43,286 bases of DNA from a virus (IMGVR_UViG_3300017963_000120:1-43286); one strand, 5' to 3'; counted from the first letter of the stretch, positions 9,429-17,905 are shown. Numbers and translations are program-made. Notes: generated by a model not told the origin, from the sequence alone.

Positions 9429-9430
9429 AA

Positions 9431-10051
9431 TTATGTTCTCCCCTTATATAGCCAGTTATAATCAGAACCATAAAACATTTCTGGTTCAAATCTTATATTT
9501 AAAAACATACATATTTCTCTTAGTACCAATTCCTGATATTTTTCGTTTTTAAATCTTTCATAATGTACTATATAAAATTTTTTTAATTCACTTGACATTT
9601 TTATAGCAGCAACCAATTCCTGATTCTTTCTTACATCCCGGCCTGCCTGTTTTTCGGAATATTTAAGCCACCTGCCCATGCTCTCTATTGTATCAGCAGG
9701 ATCACGCAGAACATAAATAACTTTTGCACCGATCTGTATATAATCCCACAATGACATTTTTGAAATAGGTATTCTGGACCTTTCGCCATTTGGCAGTAAC
9801 CTTCTAATCAGGTACCCGGACCTTGATGCAGTCTTATACCAGTGAATTTGCCGGGGATAAACCAGTTTATTTGCATTATATTTTTTCCCGACACCTTTCA
9901 ATACCGCATAGCCTATATCTTCGTGCAGCATATTAATTTCGGAATGCCTGCCCACACATGAAGATACCCAACTGGTACCGGAATTAGCGCATCCTGTTAT
10001 CAGTAGAATCTTTGGTTTTTCCTTTAAGATGTTCCAATATTTGTTGTACAT
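9431..10051 (-). CDS. Sulfotransferase (Sulfotransfer_3-like)
   Basis: 5'-PSB loop ITGCANSGTS, 3'-PB motif VLRDPADTIES, and VHYE. Start moved to ATG 10051 after GAGG. Confidence 0.8.
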   Translation of the reverse strand: MYNKYWNILKEKPKILLITGCANSGTSWVSSCVGRHSEINMLHEDIGYAVLKGVGKKYNANKLVYPRQIHWYKTASRSGYLIRRLLPNGERSRIPISKMSLWDYIQIGAKVIYVLRDPADTIESMGRWLKYSEKQAGRDVRKNQELVAAIKMSSELKKFYIVHYERFKNEKYQELVLREICMFLNIRFEPEMFYGSDYNWLYKGRT

Positions 10052-10283
10052 TTTTATATAGCCTCGTAAATTTTGGACTCTGATCATAAATCCAATCTAA
10101 TTCTTTCGGTTGAATTTTCCTGCTATCAAACCATGAAAACATAACCAGTACCAACGACAACAGCAGGTACCACCATTGCCAGCCCCATCTGTCAATTGTC
10201 AGTGCACTCACTTGAAGAAATGTCAGAGTTCCAAGATGTGCCTTGACTCTGTTTATACGGTTGTTGAATTGGCCTAAGTTCAC
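9984..10283 (-). CDS. Small membrane protein
   Basis: TM segment WQWWYLLLSLVLVMFSWF; GGAGG RBS before a GTG start. Confidence 0.6.
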   Translation of the reverse strand: MNLGQFNNRINRVKAHLGTLTFLQVSALTIDRWGWQWWYLLLSLVLVMFSWFDSRKIQPKELDWIYDQSPKFTRLYKNVQQILEHLKGKTKDSTDNRMR

Positions 10284-11007
10284 GCTCTATCCTCCATATT
10301 GGATACTTTATCCGGTTAAATATTTTTGTTTTAAGTGTTTTCGGTTTTGGCCTGATCATACTTGTACCAAGTCTTTCTGTATAAATCATATAATTAATAT
10401 ATCTCGGTGTGACAATATCCCCAAGCCTTAACCACATATCCCAATCAGCACCCTGACCGAACATTAAATCCCGAAAATCACCGGCCTGCCTATACAGTTC
10501 AAGATTAACAAATACGGAACCGCCCGGAATATAGTTCTTCTTTTTTAACATTTTTTTTTCATACAATCCCGGACTGCATGCACTAACCAAATATTCTTTT
10601 TCTCTTTCTTCAATCTGATTGCTGTTTCCATATAGCCATTGAGTATTAAATCCCCATATACACTGTGCAACATTTTCCAATACTTTTATATCGTATAGAT
10701 GATCATCCATTCCATGAAAATTTACATATATAATTTCATCGGGGTTTTTTTCTTTACTCAAAAGATAATGCAATCCCTGATTCAATCTGTGTACTTGCCC
10801 TTTGTTTTTACCATCATTAAACCATTTGATCTTTGGATCATTTATAATTTCTTTTTGTGATGGAAATTCTGTATCATTATACAAAAGTATAAACCAATTT
10901 TTATAAGTCTGCAATCTTATTGACACAAGACATTTATGTGCCAAATCCAGATGCTTTTTGCCTAACGCCAGTATAAATACAAACTTTATTTTTTCATCCA
11001 TTGCCAC
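10192..11007 (-). CDS. Glycosyltransferase family 2 (GT-A)
   Basis: CLVSIRLQTYKNW, LNQGL, MDD (DxD-like) and GADWDMWLRL motifs. Confidence 0.85.
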   Translation of the reverse strand: MAMDEKIKFVFILALGKKHLDLAHKCLVSIRLQTYKNWFILLYNDTEFPSQKEIINDPKIKWFNDGKNKGQVHRLNQGLHYLLSKEKNPDEIIYVNFHGMDDHLYDIKVLENVAQCIWGFNTQWLYGNSNQIEEREKEYLVSACSPGLYEKKMLKKKNYIPGGSVFVNLELYRQAGDFRDLMFGQGADWDMWLRLGDIVTPRYINYMIYTERLGTSMIRPKPKTLKTKIFNRIKYPIWRIERELRPIQQPYKQSQGTSWNSDISSSECTDN

Positions 11008-11888
11008 ACCTTTTTTAATCCATCGTCAAGTTTTATTTGTGGTTTAAAACTTAATTCATCTTCTGCTAAACTAATATTAAAATCTTTATGTGGATAAATA
11101 TCATCTGGTGCAGGAACAGAAACAATTGCGCTTTTGCTTTTTGTCAGTGTCGCTATTTTCGTAGCCAGATCAAAAGATGATATCTTTTCATATGGATTGC
11201 CAATATTATACAACCTGTTTCCCTGCACCGCCACACTGTAAATTCCATTAACAATATCATCCACATAACACCACGATCTTGAAGTATTGTGATGTACCTC
11301 TATGTCGTCATTATTCATTGCAGATTTAAACATCCGAGAGATTGCAGTCTTTTCATTTGCCTTTGATCCATCGGCAGCATAGCACATAAAAAGCCTTGCA
11401 ACAGATGAATCAAGGCCATGATTTAATGTGTAAAATTCGACTAACTTTTCAGCAAATAGTTTGGTCATTCCGTATATACCTTTAAAAATGGGAAAATCAG
11501 TCGGTACCGCAAACTCACTTGCAGGATACTGATCACCAGACAAAAACCTTGATCCATAACTTTCTGAAGTACCGATATAAGTCAGTTTGCATTTATGTGC
11601 CAAACACGCCTGAATAATATTATAAGCACCCATCACATTTGTTGTCAGTGAATTATGATGATCCAGTGAATTAAACACCCTGCCAACAGCAGCAGCCAGA
11701 AGTATCACATGTGTTGGATGATAACTCATAAATATATTTTCCACACTTCTGGTATCCTGTATATCAATAAAGTTCCCATCCTGATATACAAAATCAACCG
11801 ACCTTGATATTTCTTTTTTTGATTCAAGATATTTCTGTAAGTTTCTGCCAACGGTACCGGCACCACCGATAAGTAAAAATCTTCTCAT
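10986..11888 (-). CDS. NAD-dependent NDP-sugar epimerase/dehydratase
   Basis: GGAGTVG Rossmann motif, TSESYG, YGMTK (YxxxK), RSWCYVDD, YNIGNP. Confidence 0.92.
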   Translation of the reverse strand: MRRFLLIGGAGTVGRNLQKYLESKKEISRSVDFVYQDGNFIDIQDTRSVENIFMSYHPTHVILLAAAVGRVFNSLDHHNSLTTNVMGAYNIIQACLAHKCKLTYIGTSESYGSRFLSGDQYPASEFAVPTDFPIFKGIYGMTKLFAEKLVEFYTLNHGLDSSVARLFMCYAADGSKANEKTAISRMFKSAMNNDDIEVHHNTSRSWCYVDDIVNGIYSVAVQGNRLYNIGNPYEKISSFDLATKIATLTKSKSAIVSVPAPDDIYPHKDFNISLAEDELSFKPQIKLDDGLKKVWQWMKK

Positions 11889-12514
11889 TTTTTCCTCTCT
11901 AAAAATAATTTATAATGGTATTCAATTTCTGCCATTAATTGCCTTTTGGTATTTTCTGTATTAAAATAATGTTTCCGGGAATGAAAAACCGGAATGCCGT
12001 TCTGCTTGCAAAATTCTGCAAGCCTTGATCTTCCATCATGGCGATTTGGTCTAATATAAATATCGGTTGTCTGAAGAAGAAGAATCACAGTAAATTTGGA
12101 TGTATGCTGATCTATCCTGTAAAACTGCCAGTGTGAATTATTCATCATTATTTTTTTTATAACATCCCAACCATAAAGCCAATCTTTAAAATACTGGTTC
12201 CCTGCTCTCGGCCTGTAAAACATAACAGTAAATTTTTCGTGATCTTCCCGGTGTACTTTGTCGGTCCATATGGGATCAGATACAACTTTAATTTTATTTG
12301 TATCAATCCCGAATTTTTCTAAGTTTTCAATCAGACAGTCATGGTCCACCCAATGTTCCCGGATCATCCATTCAGTCAGTTTCCATATTTGTCTTTCAAG
12401 CCAGATACGCACATACCATAATTTTTGTTTTGTAGGTGGATACATAACCAGTTTTAAAGTATCGGTACCTTTCCACCAGTGAATCAAATGATGTGACTTA
12501 TTAAACTTTATCAT
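11885..12514 (-). CDS. GT-B (GT4-like) glycosyltransferase-related protein
   Basis: C-terminal DIYIRPNRHDG...NGIPVF resembles a GT-B donor-binding motif; short for a full GT-B. Confidence 0.55.
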   Translation of the reverse strand: MIKFNKSHHLIHWWKGTDTLKLVMYPPTKQKLWYVRIWLERQIWKLTEWMIREHWVDHDCLIENLEKFGIDTNKIKVVSDPIWTDKVHREDHEKFTVMFYRPRAGNQYFKDWLYGWDVIKKIMMNNSHWQFYRIDQHTSKFTVILLLQTTDIYIRPNRHDGRSRLAEFCKQNGIPVFHSRKHYFNTENTKRQLMAEIEYHYKLFLERKK

Positions 12515-12671
12515 ATATTAATTCGCTTTTCATTTTAGGACCATACACATCATCTGTGCCCGGCTCAACCAGATCAGGTGCATTTAATTTAATCGTAAGC
12601 CACAAAAATAATAATGTTAAAACAATAAATAATATACCAACAACCATAACCTCTTTTTTGTTTTTATCCAC
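12501..12671 (-). CDS. Single-TM small protein (56 aa, not in ORF track)
   Basis: GTG start after AGGGGG; VMVVGILFIVLTLLFLWLTI. Confidence 0.55.
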   Translation of the reverse strand: MDKNKKEVMVVGILFIVLTLLFLWLTIKLNAPDLVEPGTDDVYGPKMKSELIYDKV

Positions 12672-12722
12672 CAGTACCCCCTACATGTTAGAAAAATATA
12701 TATCCACAATCTGTACATCTTT

Positions 12723-13082
12723 TCATTCCGTCAATGCTTTTTGTGCTTTGATCTGAGAAAATTCTTTATCAAATTTCTGTATCAATGGAATACCAGTATA
12801 TAAATTTCTAATTATCCCCAATATTTCAGTTAGCCAATATTCATATTTATCCAACGCCTCTTTTAATCGGGTGTTTTCTTTTATTGTGTCTCGTATTGAT
12901 GCTGATTCTGTTTCACTTATTGCTTTATTCTCCGCTTCCAGTTCCTCTATGCGGGATAGTATTTTATCGCACAGAGTTATAGCCTTTTCATAGGCATAAA
13001 CATATTTTGCCGGGTTCACAGATTCATCTAAATCTTTCTTGACTAACTGTATGTCTACAGCAAAACTACATTCTTCTGACAT
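12723..13082 (-). CDS. Hypothetical coiled-coil protein
   Basis: RIEELEAEN heptads; GGAGG RBS. Confidence 0.65.
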   Translation of the reverse strand: MSEECSFAVDIQLVKKDLDESVNPAKYVYAYEKAITLCDKILSRIEELEAENKAISETESASIRDTIKENTRLKEALDKYEYWLTEILGIIRNLYTGIPLIQKFDKEFSQIKAQKALTE

Positions 13083-13084
13083 AT

Positions 13085-13411
13085 CTATTCCTCCAACTGT
13101 TTTTCAAGTATTTCAAATGCTTTGTCTATGGCTTCTTGAGGAGTTTTGGAAAACAGGTCAGCAGGCCACCACCTTTTATCAACCTTATACCATTTTTCAA
13201 CAGCCCAATCGCCACTTAATTTTTGTCTTATCCTAATCCCGTATTTCGGGAAAAATTCTAAGACGAGATAGCCGAATAATGAAACAATAGGTATACTTTC
13301 GGGTAAATTATATATATCGGCAAGTTCAATATTTTCATTCTCATGCATATCAAGCCAATACTTGCAAAACAACTCCCATGCTTTCTCATATTTACTGGCA
13401 ATATCTTTCAT
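13085..13411 (-). CDS. Hypothetical protein
   Basis: Start moved to ATG 13411 (MKDIAS) after GGAG. Confidence 0.6.
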   Translation of the reverse strand: MKDIASKYEKAWELFCKYWLDMHENENIELADIYNLPESIPIVSLFGYLVLEFFPKYGIRIRQKLSGDWAVEKWYKVDKRWWPADLFSKTPQEAIDKAFEILEKQLEE

Positions 13412-13508
13412 ATCATGTACTCCACAATAAAGTAAATAACAAGTATTAACCAAATTGGAAATATTATAAATATAGGCCATGCGTCATCAAATAAATCGTA
13501 TATTTGTT

Positions 13509-13682
13509 TCATGGTTTTTCCTCACGAAATCTATTTTCGCCATCTTCATCAATTAAACCATTTGCATATAACCAACTTTCAAATCCTGACATTATTCCTT
13601 CAATCCCCTGCCTTAAAAATACTGTCATTAAATCTTCAATTTGATCTTCTTCAAATAAATCATATAGTGATTTTTCTCCCAT
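13509..13682 (-). CDS. Small acidic protein
   Basis: Start moved to ATG 13682 after GGAGGT. Confidence 0.6.
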   Translation of the reverse strand: MGEKSLYDLFEEDQIEDLMTVFLRQGIEGIMSGFESWLYANGLIDEDGENRFREEKP

Positions 13683-13694
13683 CCCTACCTCCAA

Positions 13695-13788
13695 TCCATA
13701 CAAGACAGGCTGCACGATTACCGCATTTAATTATCCATCTATTCGCCTTGGTTTTGGCCCAAATAGACCCCTCACCTGTCTGTATGGA
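13695..13788 (-). ncRNA. Structured intergenic element (multi-branch RNA candidate)
   Basis: Closing stem TCCATACAGACAGG/CCTGTCTTGTATGGA (one bulge); inner stem TCTATTTG/CGAATAGA whose G-U pair works only on the minus strand. Confidence 0.5.
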
Positions 13789-13789
13789 G

Positions 13790-13954
13790 TTATTTAATAT
13801 TATGGTCGTCACCATATCTTTGAATAGCATCCATTGCTGTTAATTCAGGTACAACAGTATTAGAATATTTACCCGTGGTTGCATAAGCAATTACATCAAT
13901 AGCAATGAAATACTTTAATCGCTTTGGTATAAATTTTATTAAGAAGTATCTCAT
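13790..13954 (-). CDS. Small phage protein (54 aa, not in ORF track)
   Basis: MRYFLIKFIPKRLKYFIAIDVIAYATTGKYSNTVVPELTAMDAIQRYGDDHNIK; ATGA-coupled to the upstream gene. Confidence 0.65.
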   Translation of the reverse strand: MRYFLIKFIPKRLKYFIAIDVIAYATTGKYSNTVVPELTAMDAIQRYGDDHNIK

Positions 13955-14157
13955 AACAATTCCTTTATTTGTTTTAAATCTTCAATAAACCATTCTCTAT
14001 ACGGATTATCTGAATCTTTATACTTTTCAATCAACTCATCCACTTTCTTTTCAATGGCTGTGAGTTTTTCTGTCTTTACCCACAAATCACCGTTCTGATC
14101 TATATATACATAATCATGCTCTTTTTGTGCATTAAGTAATTTTTCTTTATCACTCAT
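13951..14157 (-). CDS. Hypothetical protein
   Basis: 68-aa ORF with GGAGG RBS. Confidence 0.65.
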   Translation of the reverse strand: MSDKEKLLNAQKEHDYVYIDQNGDLWVKTEKLTAIEKKVDELIEKYKDSDNPYREWFIEDLKQIKELL

Positions 14158-14159
14158 TG

Positions 14160-14174
14160 TTTATCCTCCAGTAT
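14160..14174. repeat. 15-bp direct repeat flanking the PAPS-reductase-like gene, copy 1
   Basis: TTTATCCTCCAGTAT; identical copy at 14917-14931. Confidence 0.75.
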
Positions 14175-14917
14175 TATTTTCTACAATAAATCCCACAATC
14201 TTCATTTTCATAAATTTGTGGCCTGTCAAACATTTCAATCTGCTTTTGATTTTGTGCAATCTCTTTAACTTTTCTTAAAGGAATATACATTCTCTTATCT
14301 TTTTGAAGCGCGTGAAACATTGGATAATACCCTTGCCGTTTATCCTGTACTAATTCTTCCCTGTCAATTAAAACATCAAATAACTTTGGTTCATTTTGCG
14401 CCAGTGCAATAAGTTCTTCTTTGCTCTTATAAAAGCATGAATAACACCCACCTCTTGACATATACCAAGGATATTTAGGAATCAAATCATATTGTTGACA
14501 TATCGTAACTACATCACATTTCTTTATTCCCCACTCTTGCAAAGGATAAACAGCATAATCTGCAATATTACCTTTTCTGTCCTCGTCTGCACGTAATCCA
14601 ATAGCTAATTTAAACGGCTCATACACTTTTAAATATCGTTCAATCGGCTCAATCTTAAACATTCTTGTACAAAACCTTTGCTTATGTGAAGGGAAATATT
14701 TAGATTCAATTTCATATTCTCCTAATTTTTTATCATTCCAAGCAGTTTCTATTTTTATATTTAATCGTTCTTCCATTTTAGTAAGATGATTATAAACTTG
14801 TGGAAATTCATCACCCGTATCTGCAAATATATATCTTGCATCAGGTATCTTTTTAGATACTAAAATAGAAAGTGCCGTACTATCTAAACCACCTGACACA
14901 GAAACAAAATAATTCAT
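14174..14917 (-). CDS. PAPS reductase-family (PP-loop) protein
   Basis: SGGLDS PP-loop, DTG-EFP, RFCTRMFK, GLRADE, YPL, GCYSC motifs. Confidence 0.88.
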   Translation of the reverse strand: MNYFVSVSGGLDSTALSILVSKKIPDARYIFADTGDEFPQVYNHLTKMEERLNIKIETAWNDKKLGEYEIESKYFPSHKQRFCTRMFKIEPIERYLKVYEPFKLAIGLRADEDRKGNIADYAVYPLQEWGIKKCDVVTICQQYDLIPKYPWYMSRGGCYSCFYKSKEELIALAQNEPKLFDVLIDREELVQDKRQGYYPMFHALQKDKRMYIPLRKVKEIAQNQKQIEMFDRPQIYENEDCGIYCRK

Positions 14918-15117
14918 TTATCCTCCAGTATATGTATGGGTTTTCCGCAATGACATTTATTACTTGCTTCAAATTTTAAAACATCTCTACCAAATCCAGT
15001 AAAAAATCTATTACATTCTGTATTATAACCTTCACCTTCTTCCTCATGATAAACTTTCACCCACACACATTTATCTTTGTGTATCTCTTTATTCATTACT
15101 GGTATTGGACAGCTCAT
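14914..15117 (-). CDS. Small Cys-rich protein
   Basis: C...YNTEC...CHCGKPI; start likely ATG 15117 (TAATG coupling, GGAG RBS). Confidence 0.6.
   Translation of the reverse strand: MSCPIPVMNKEIHKDKCVWVKVYHEEEGEGYNTECNRFFTGFGRDVLKFEASNKCHCGKPIHILEDK
14917..14931. repeat. 15-bp direct repeat, copy 2
   Basis: TTTATCCTCCAGTAT. Confidence 0.75.
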
Positions 15118-15407
15118 TATTTTCTTCTCCAAATTAAAGTTGTATCAGCATCCACAAATGCGTTCATATATGAAATCCATTGCTTACACCTGACACACCT
15201 GCCCATCTGGTGACCTTCTTTTATAACAACCTTTATTGTGCTATCTGGAAAATCAATCCAGAATATTTCGTTGTTTTCTATATATTCTGGCTTTGAAAGT
15301 AAATGGCCTCTTTCAACACAAACAGAATCATAAACATAAAAATAGGTAACATCAATTTGTGCATAACTACATACAACAAATACAAGTAGAATTATAATTA
15401 CTTTCAT
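15117..15407 (-). CDS. Small secreted protein (signal peptide, +1 Gln)
   Basis: MKVIIILLVFVVCSYA|QID; sequons DSV, DST, DTT; CxxxGH...CVRC. Confidence 0.7.
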   Translation of the reverse strand: MKVIIILLVFVVCSYAQIDVTYFYVYDSVCVERGHLLSKPEYIENNEIFWIDFPDSTIKVVIKEGHQMGRCVRCKQWISYMNAFVDADTTLIWRRK

Positions 15408-15455
15408 TTCTCACATTCCTTTAATAGTTCCATAAATATTGACAATATCAGTGCT

Positions 15456-15854
15456 TTATTTTTTTTCAAGATATTCATCAATAACTTCATGTGCCTCTAA
15501 TGAATCATAACAGACTTCACATTTCCAACCGGCACGTGTAAGTTTATTCATAAAATCATTTTGTGTACGTGTTGGCCTGTTCCTACCATGCTTCATTTCA
15601 ATTGCTAAACCGCAATAATAATTTCTTTCTATTTTATCGCCTTTTATCGGAAATCTTTTTTCATGGAATATAAGCAGGTCCGGGCACCCCGGAATGGTAC
15701 CTAATACTTTTCGCTTCCATCTTTGAAATTTGCTGATTGTATGTATTTCCTGTGGCGAATGATGGAACAATACATCCGGGTATTGAAGAAGGAGATAATT
15801 GACAACCGTAACCTGTGACGCTTCTTCAGGCGTAAGGTATTGCATAAATGACAT
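15456..15854 (-). CDS. VRR-NUC domain nuclease
   Basis: E..Q, GCPDL, IEMK, Q...F...L...GW pattern of the PD-(D/E)xK VRR-NUC family. Confidence 0.85.
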   Translation of the reverse strand: MSFMQYLTPEEASQVTVVNYLLLQYPDVLFHHSPQEIHTISKFQRWKRKVLGTIPGCPDLLIFHEKRFPIKGDKIERNYYCGLAIEMKHGRNRPTRTQNDFMNKLTRAGWKCEVCYDSLEAHEVIDEYLEKK

Positions 15855-15858
15855 AATA

Positions 15859-16245
15859 CTACCTTTCGATATAAATTCTGTCTATGTTATCCCATGTGAA
15901 GATGTGTCTCACTTCGTCTTTAAGTCTTTTTTCTGTATGGGAATATTCACCGTTTTTGTAGATATCCATATCCATGTATCCGTACTCAATTATTTCAAGA
16001 TACTGTGTATGGAATTTTATTTGCCGGTATGGTATATGCATAAATTGAGGATCAACTTCAAATTGAATACTACCAAATGCTTCGTGCAATTCATATTCTT
16101 TTGTTTTTGTAATAACTGTTATCCTGACAATATCATCAGGCATGATGTTTGTCTTTCGTATTTCCCAATCCAGAGAATCACTCACACTGTCAAAACTTTG
16201 CCCGAATAATGGCAGCACTAAAAATATTATGATTAAATATTTCAT
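15859..16245 (-). CDS. Secreted protein (signal peptide, +1 Gln)
   Basis: MKYLIIIFLVLPLFG|QSFDSVSDSL. Confidence 0.7.
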   Translation of the reverse strand: MKYLIIIFLVLPLFGQSFDSVSDSLDWEIRKTNIMPDDIVRITVITKTKEYELHEAFGSIQFEVDPQFMHIPYRQIKFHTQYLEIIEYGYMDMDIYKNGEYSHTEKRLKDEVRHIFTWDNIDRIYIER

Positions 16246-16574
16246 AACAGCATACCTTTCAGCAAACCAATTTTTTCATGGATGCCATCAATTGCATTAG
16301 CTTCCGATCTTAAATCTTCAGGCAACTTCTCAAGCATGGTAGATAATGGCCTCGTAGGTGGTACTTCCAATTTTTCTACCTCTTCTTTAGAATTAGTTTT
16401 ATTTGACATACCTTCTTGAACAATAAGAATAAAAGCATCCACCGTTGAGCGCAATAATTCTACCCGGTGTCTTAAATGTGCAATACTTCTTTCAATATTA
16501 TCAGGATGTGAAATTCTCCCGGTTGTTTTTGCGTGTAAATCAACATCTACTTTTTGGTCTACATAATTTGGCAT
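16242..16574 (-). CDS. Hypothetical protein
   Basis: 110-aa ORF, AGGAG RBS, directly downstream of the initiator gene. Confidence 0.65.
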   Translation of the reverse strand: MPNYVDQKVDVDLHAKTTGRISHPDNIERSIAHLRHRVELLRSTVDAFILIVQEGMSNKTNSKEEVEKLEVPPTRPLSTMLEKLPEDLRSEANAIDGIHEKIGLLKGMLL

Positions 16575-16576
16575 TT

Positions 16577-17524
16577 TTATTTCTCCTTATTTTTTTTGTT
16601 TTTATTTTCAATTTCTTTTTTAAGTAAAGTTTTATCTTTATCAGATATACCCATTGCATTGATTGCTGCTTCTTCATCACACCGGTATGCTTCGATGATG
16701 GATTCAAACCAGTATAATAATTTTTTACCCGGCTCATAATGTTCAGGCTTTGTGGTCATATCTTTTTTCTTATCCCTCTGCTTCCACAATTTCACCGCAG
16801 CCTGCCAACTGACCATTTTATTTTTACCAACCATCCATCCTTTTTGCTCGTAAAAATTTATAAACTCCACCGGATCAAGATTGTAATCTATTTTTTTGGC
16901 ATATTCTTCCACTTCCTGCAATGTAGGTTTAATGAATTTTTTCCTTTTAGTATTACCAACAGCTTTAGTTATACTATTATCTTTTTTATTATCCTTTTCC
17001 TTTTCCACTGGTCCAAGTGACCCCCTGCCCTGCCCCTCGGTAGCCCCTGCTTTGGTCCTGCTTTGGTCCTCGGCAGGTCCACCGGTGCCCCTTGCATGGC
17101 CCTCGGCAGGTCCTATGGACGACCTACTCAGGTGCTCACTCAAAGAACATAAATCCGTAAGCACAAGGTCTGACCTGCCATTCTGATACAAATTATATTT
17201 TTCAAGGATTTTAATTGCGCCAAGGTGTGCATTATTGTGTCGGTTTAAATTGGTGATATCGTGCCCGTATTGAAATTCGATGAACGGCTCAAGGAACCAC
17301 TTATCATTTGATATGACATATATTTTGTCGCCAAAAAATACATCTAACTGGTCTATGTCAATAGGACCCCCAATATCAAACTCTGCCTTTTCCAGATCAA
17401 CATCCCACATGCCAGCATAGTCACAAACATCACAGAGATAGTTCCAGAATAGTTTGTATTCCATCGGCAGCTTCCGGTACCACGCTTTTTGCCATTTTGC
17501 CGTATCAGTAAATCTTTTTGGCAC
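16577..17524 (-). CDS. Phage replication initiator (lambda O-like organisation)
   Basis: N-terminal KRFTDT.KW...KLFWNYL.D.CD.AG; low-complexity linker; C-terminal FIKPTLQEV...FINFY..KGW.VG...M..W.AA..W. Confidence 0.8.
   Translation of the reverse strand: MPKRFTDTAKWQKAWYRKLPMEYKLFWNYLCDVCDYAGMWDVDLEKAEFDIGGPIDIDQLDVFFGDKIYVISNDKWFLEPFIEFQYGHDITNLNRHNNAHLGAIKILEKYNLYQNGRSDLVLTDLCSLSEHLSRSSIGPAEGHARGTGGPAEDQSRTKAGATEGQGRGSLGPVEKEKDNKKDNSITKAVGNTKRKKFIKPTLQEVEEYAKKIDYNLDPVEFINFYEQKGWMVGKNKMVSWQAAVKLWKQRDKKKDMTTKPEHYEPGKKLLYWFESIIEAYRCDEEAAINAMGISDKDKTLLKKEIENKNKKNKEK
17013..17133. repeat. Putative replication origin: eleven phased 11-bp iteron-like units inside the initiator gene
   Basis: Units start every 11 bp with CC(T/A), including cctgctttggt x2 and cctcggcaggt x2; adjacent AT/pyrimidine-rich tract at ~16950-17005. 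Confidence 0.75.
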
Positions 17525-17533
17525 TAATACCCC

Positions 17534-17905
17534 CTACTCATTGCAGAGACAACCATCTATCCCGTACCGCCCTATCACGCCACCGCACACCGGGCACATT
17601 TCAATTTTTATATCGTCAACAAGGTCCATTTCTGATTGCACAAAAACAGGTGCCCGGACACATAGATTTTCAATGTCAATCAATCCGGGATCACAATCAA
17701 GCCAGTAATCGGTACCGCCCAATTTTTCACCGTCTTTATTTGTCCGGTATTCCCATTTTATAGGTATGCCGTTTTCAATCCTCAGTTTCCGCATAGTGGA
17801 ATCAGCAGATGATCCACCTATATCTGGTTCCCTCAAGGTCCACAATGGTGTCCTGCCATGTTCACACAAATATTTCAAAATTCTTTTTTTTGCTGTGTCT
17901 GACAT
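17534..17905 (-). CDS. Winged-HTH-like protein with C-terminal Zn ribbon
   Basis: KKRILKYL...G; CPVC...CLC. Confidence 0.55.
   Translation of the reverse strand: MSDTAKKRILKYLCEHGRTPLWTLREPDIGGSSADSTMRKLRIENGIPIKWEYRTNKDGEKLGGTDYWLDCDPGLIDIENLCVRAPVFVQSEMDLVDDIKIEMCPVCGGVIGRYGIDGCLCNE

Noticed and set aside
16540-16737. 65-aa ORF nested in the initiator 3' end
   Set aside because: Alternate-frame, low-complexity Lys-rich product of an A-rich tract with no supporting RBS.
17013-17133. Mini-CRISPR array
   Set aside because: Units are 11 bp, contiguous, without spacers, and inside a coding region; iterons fit better.
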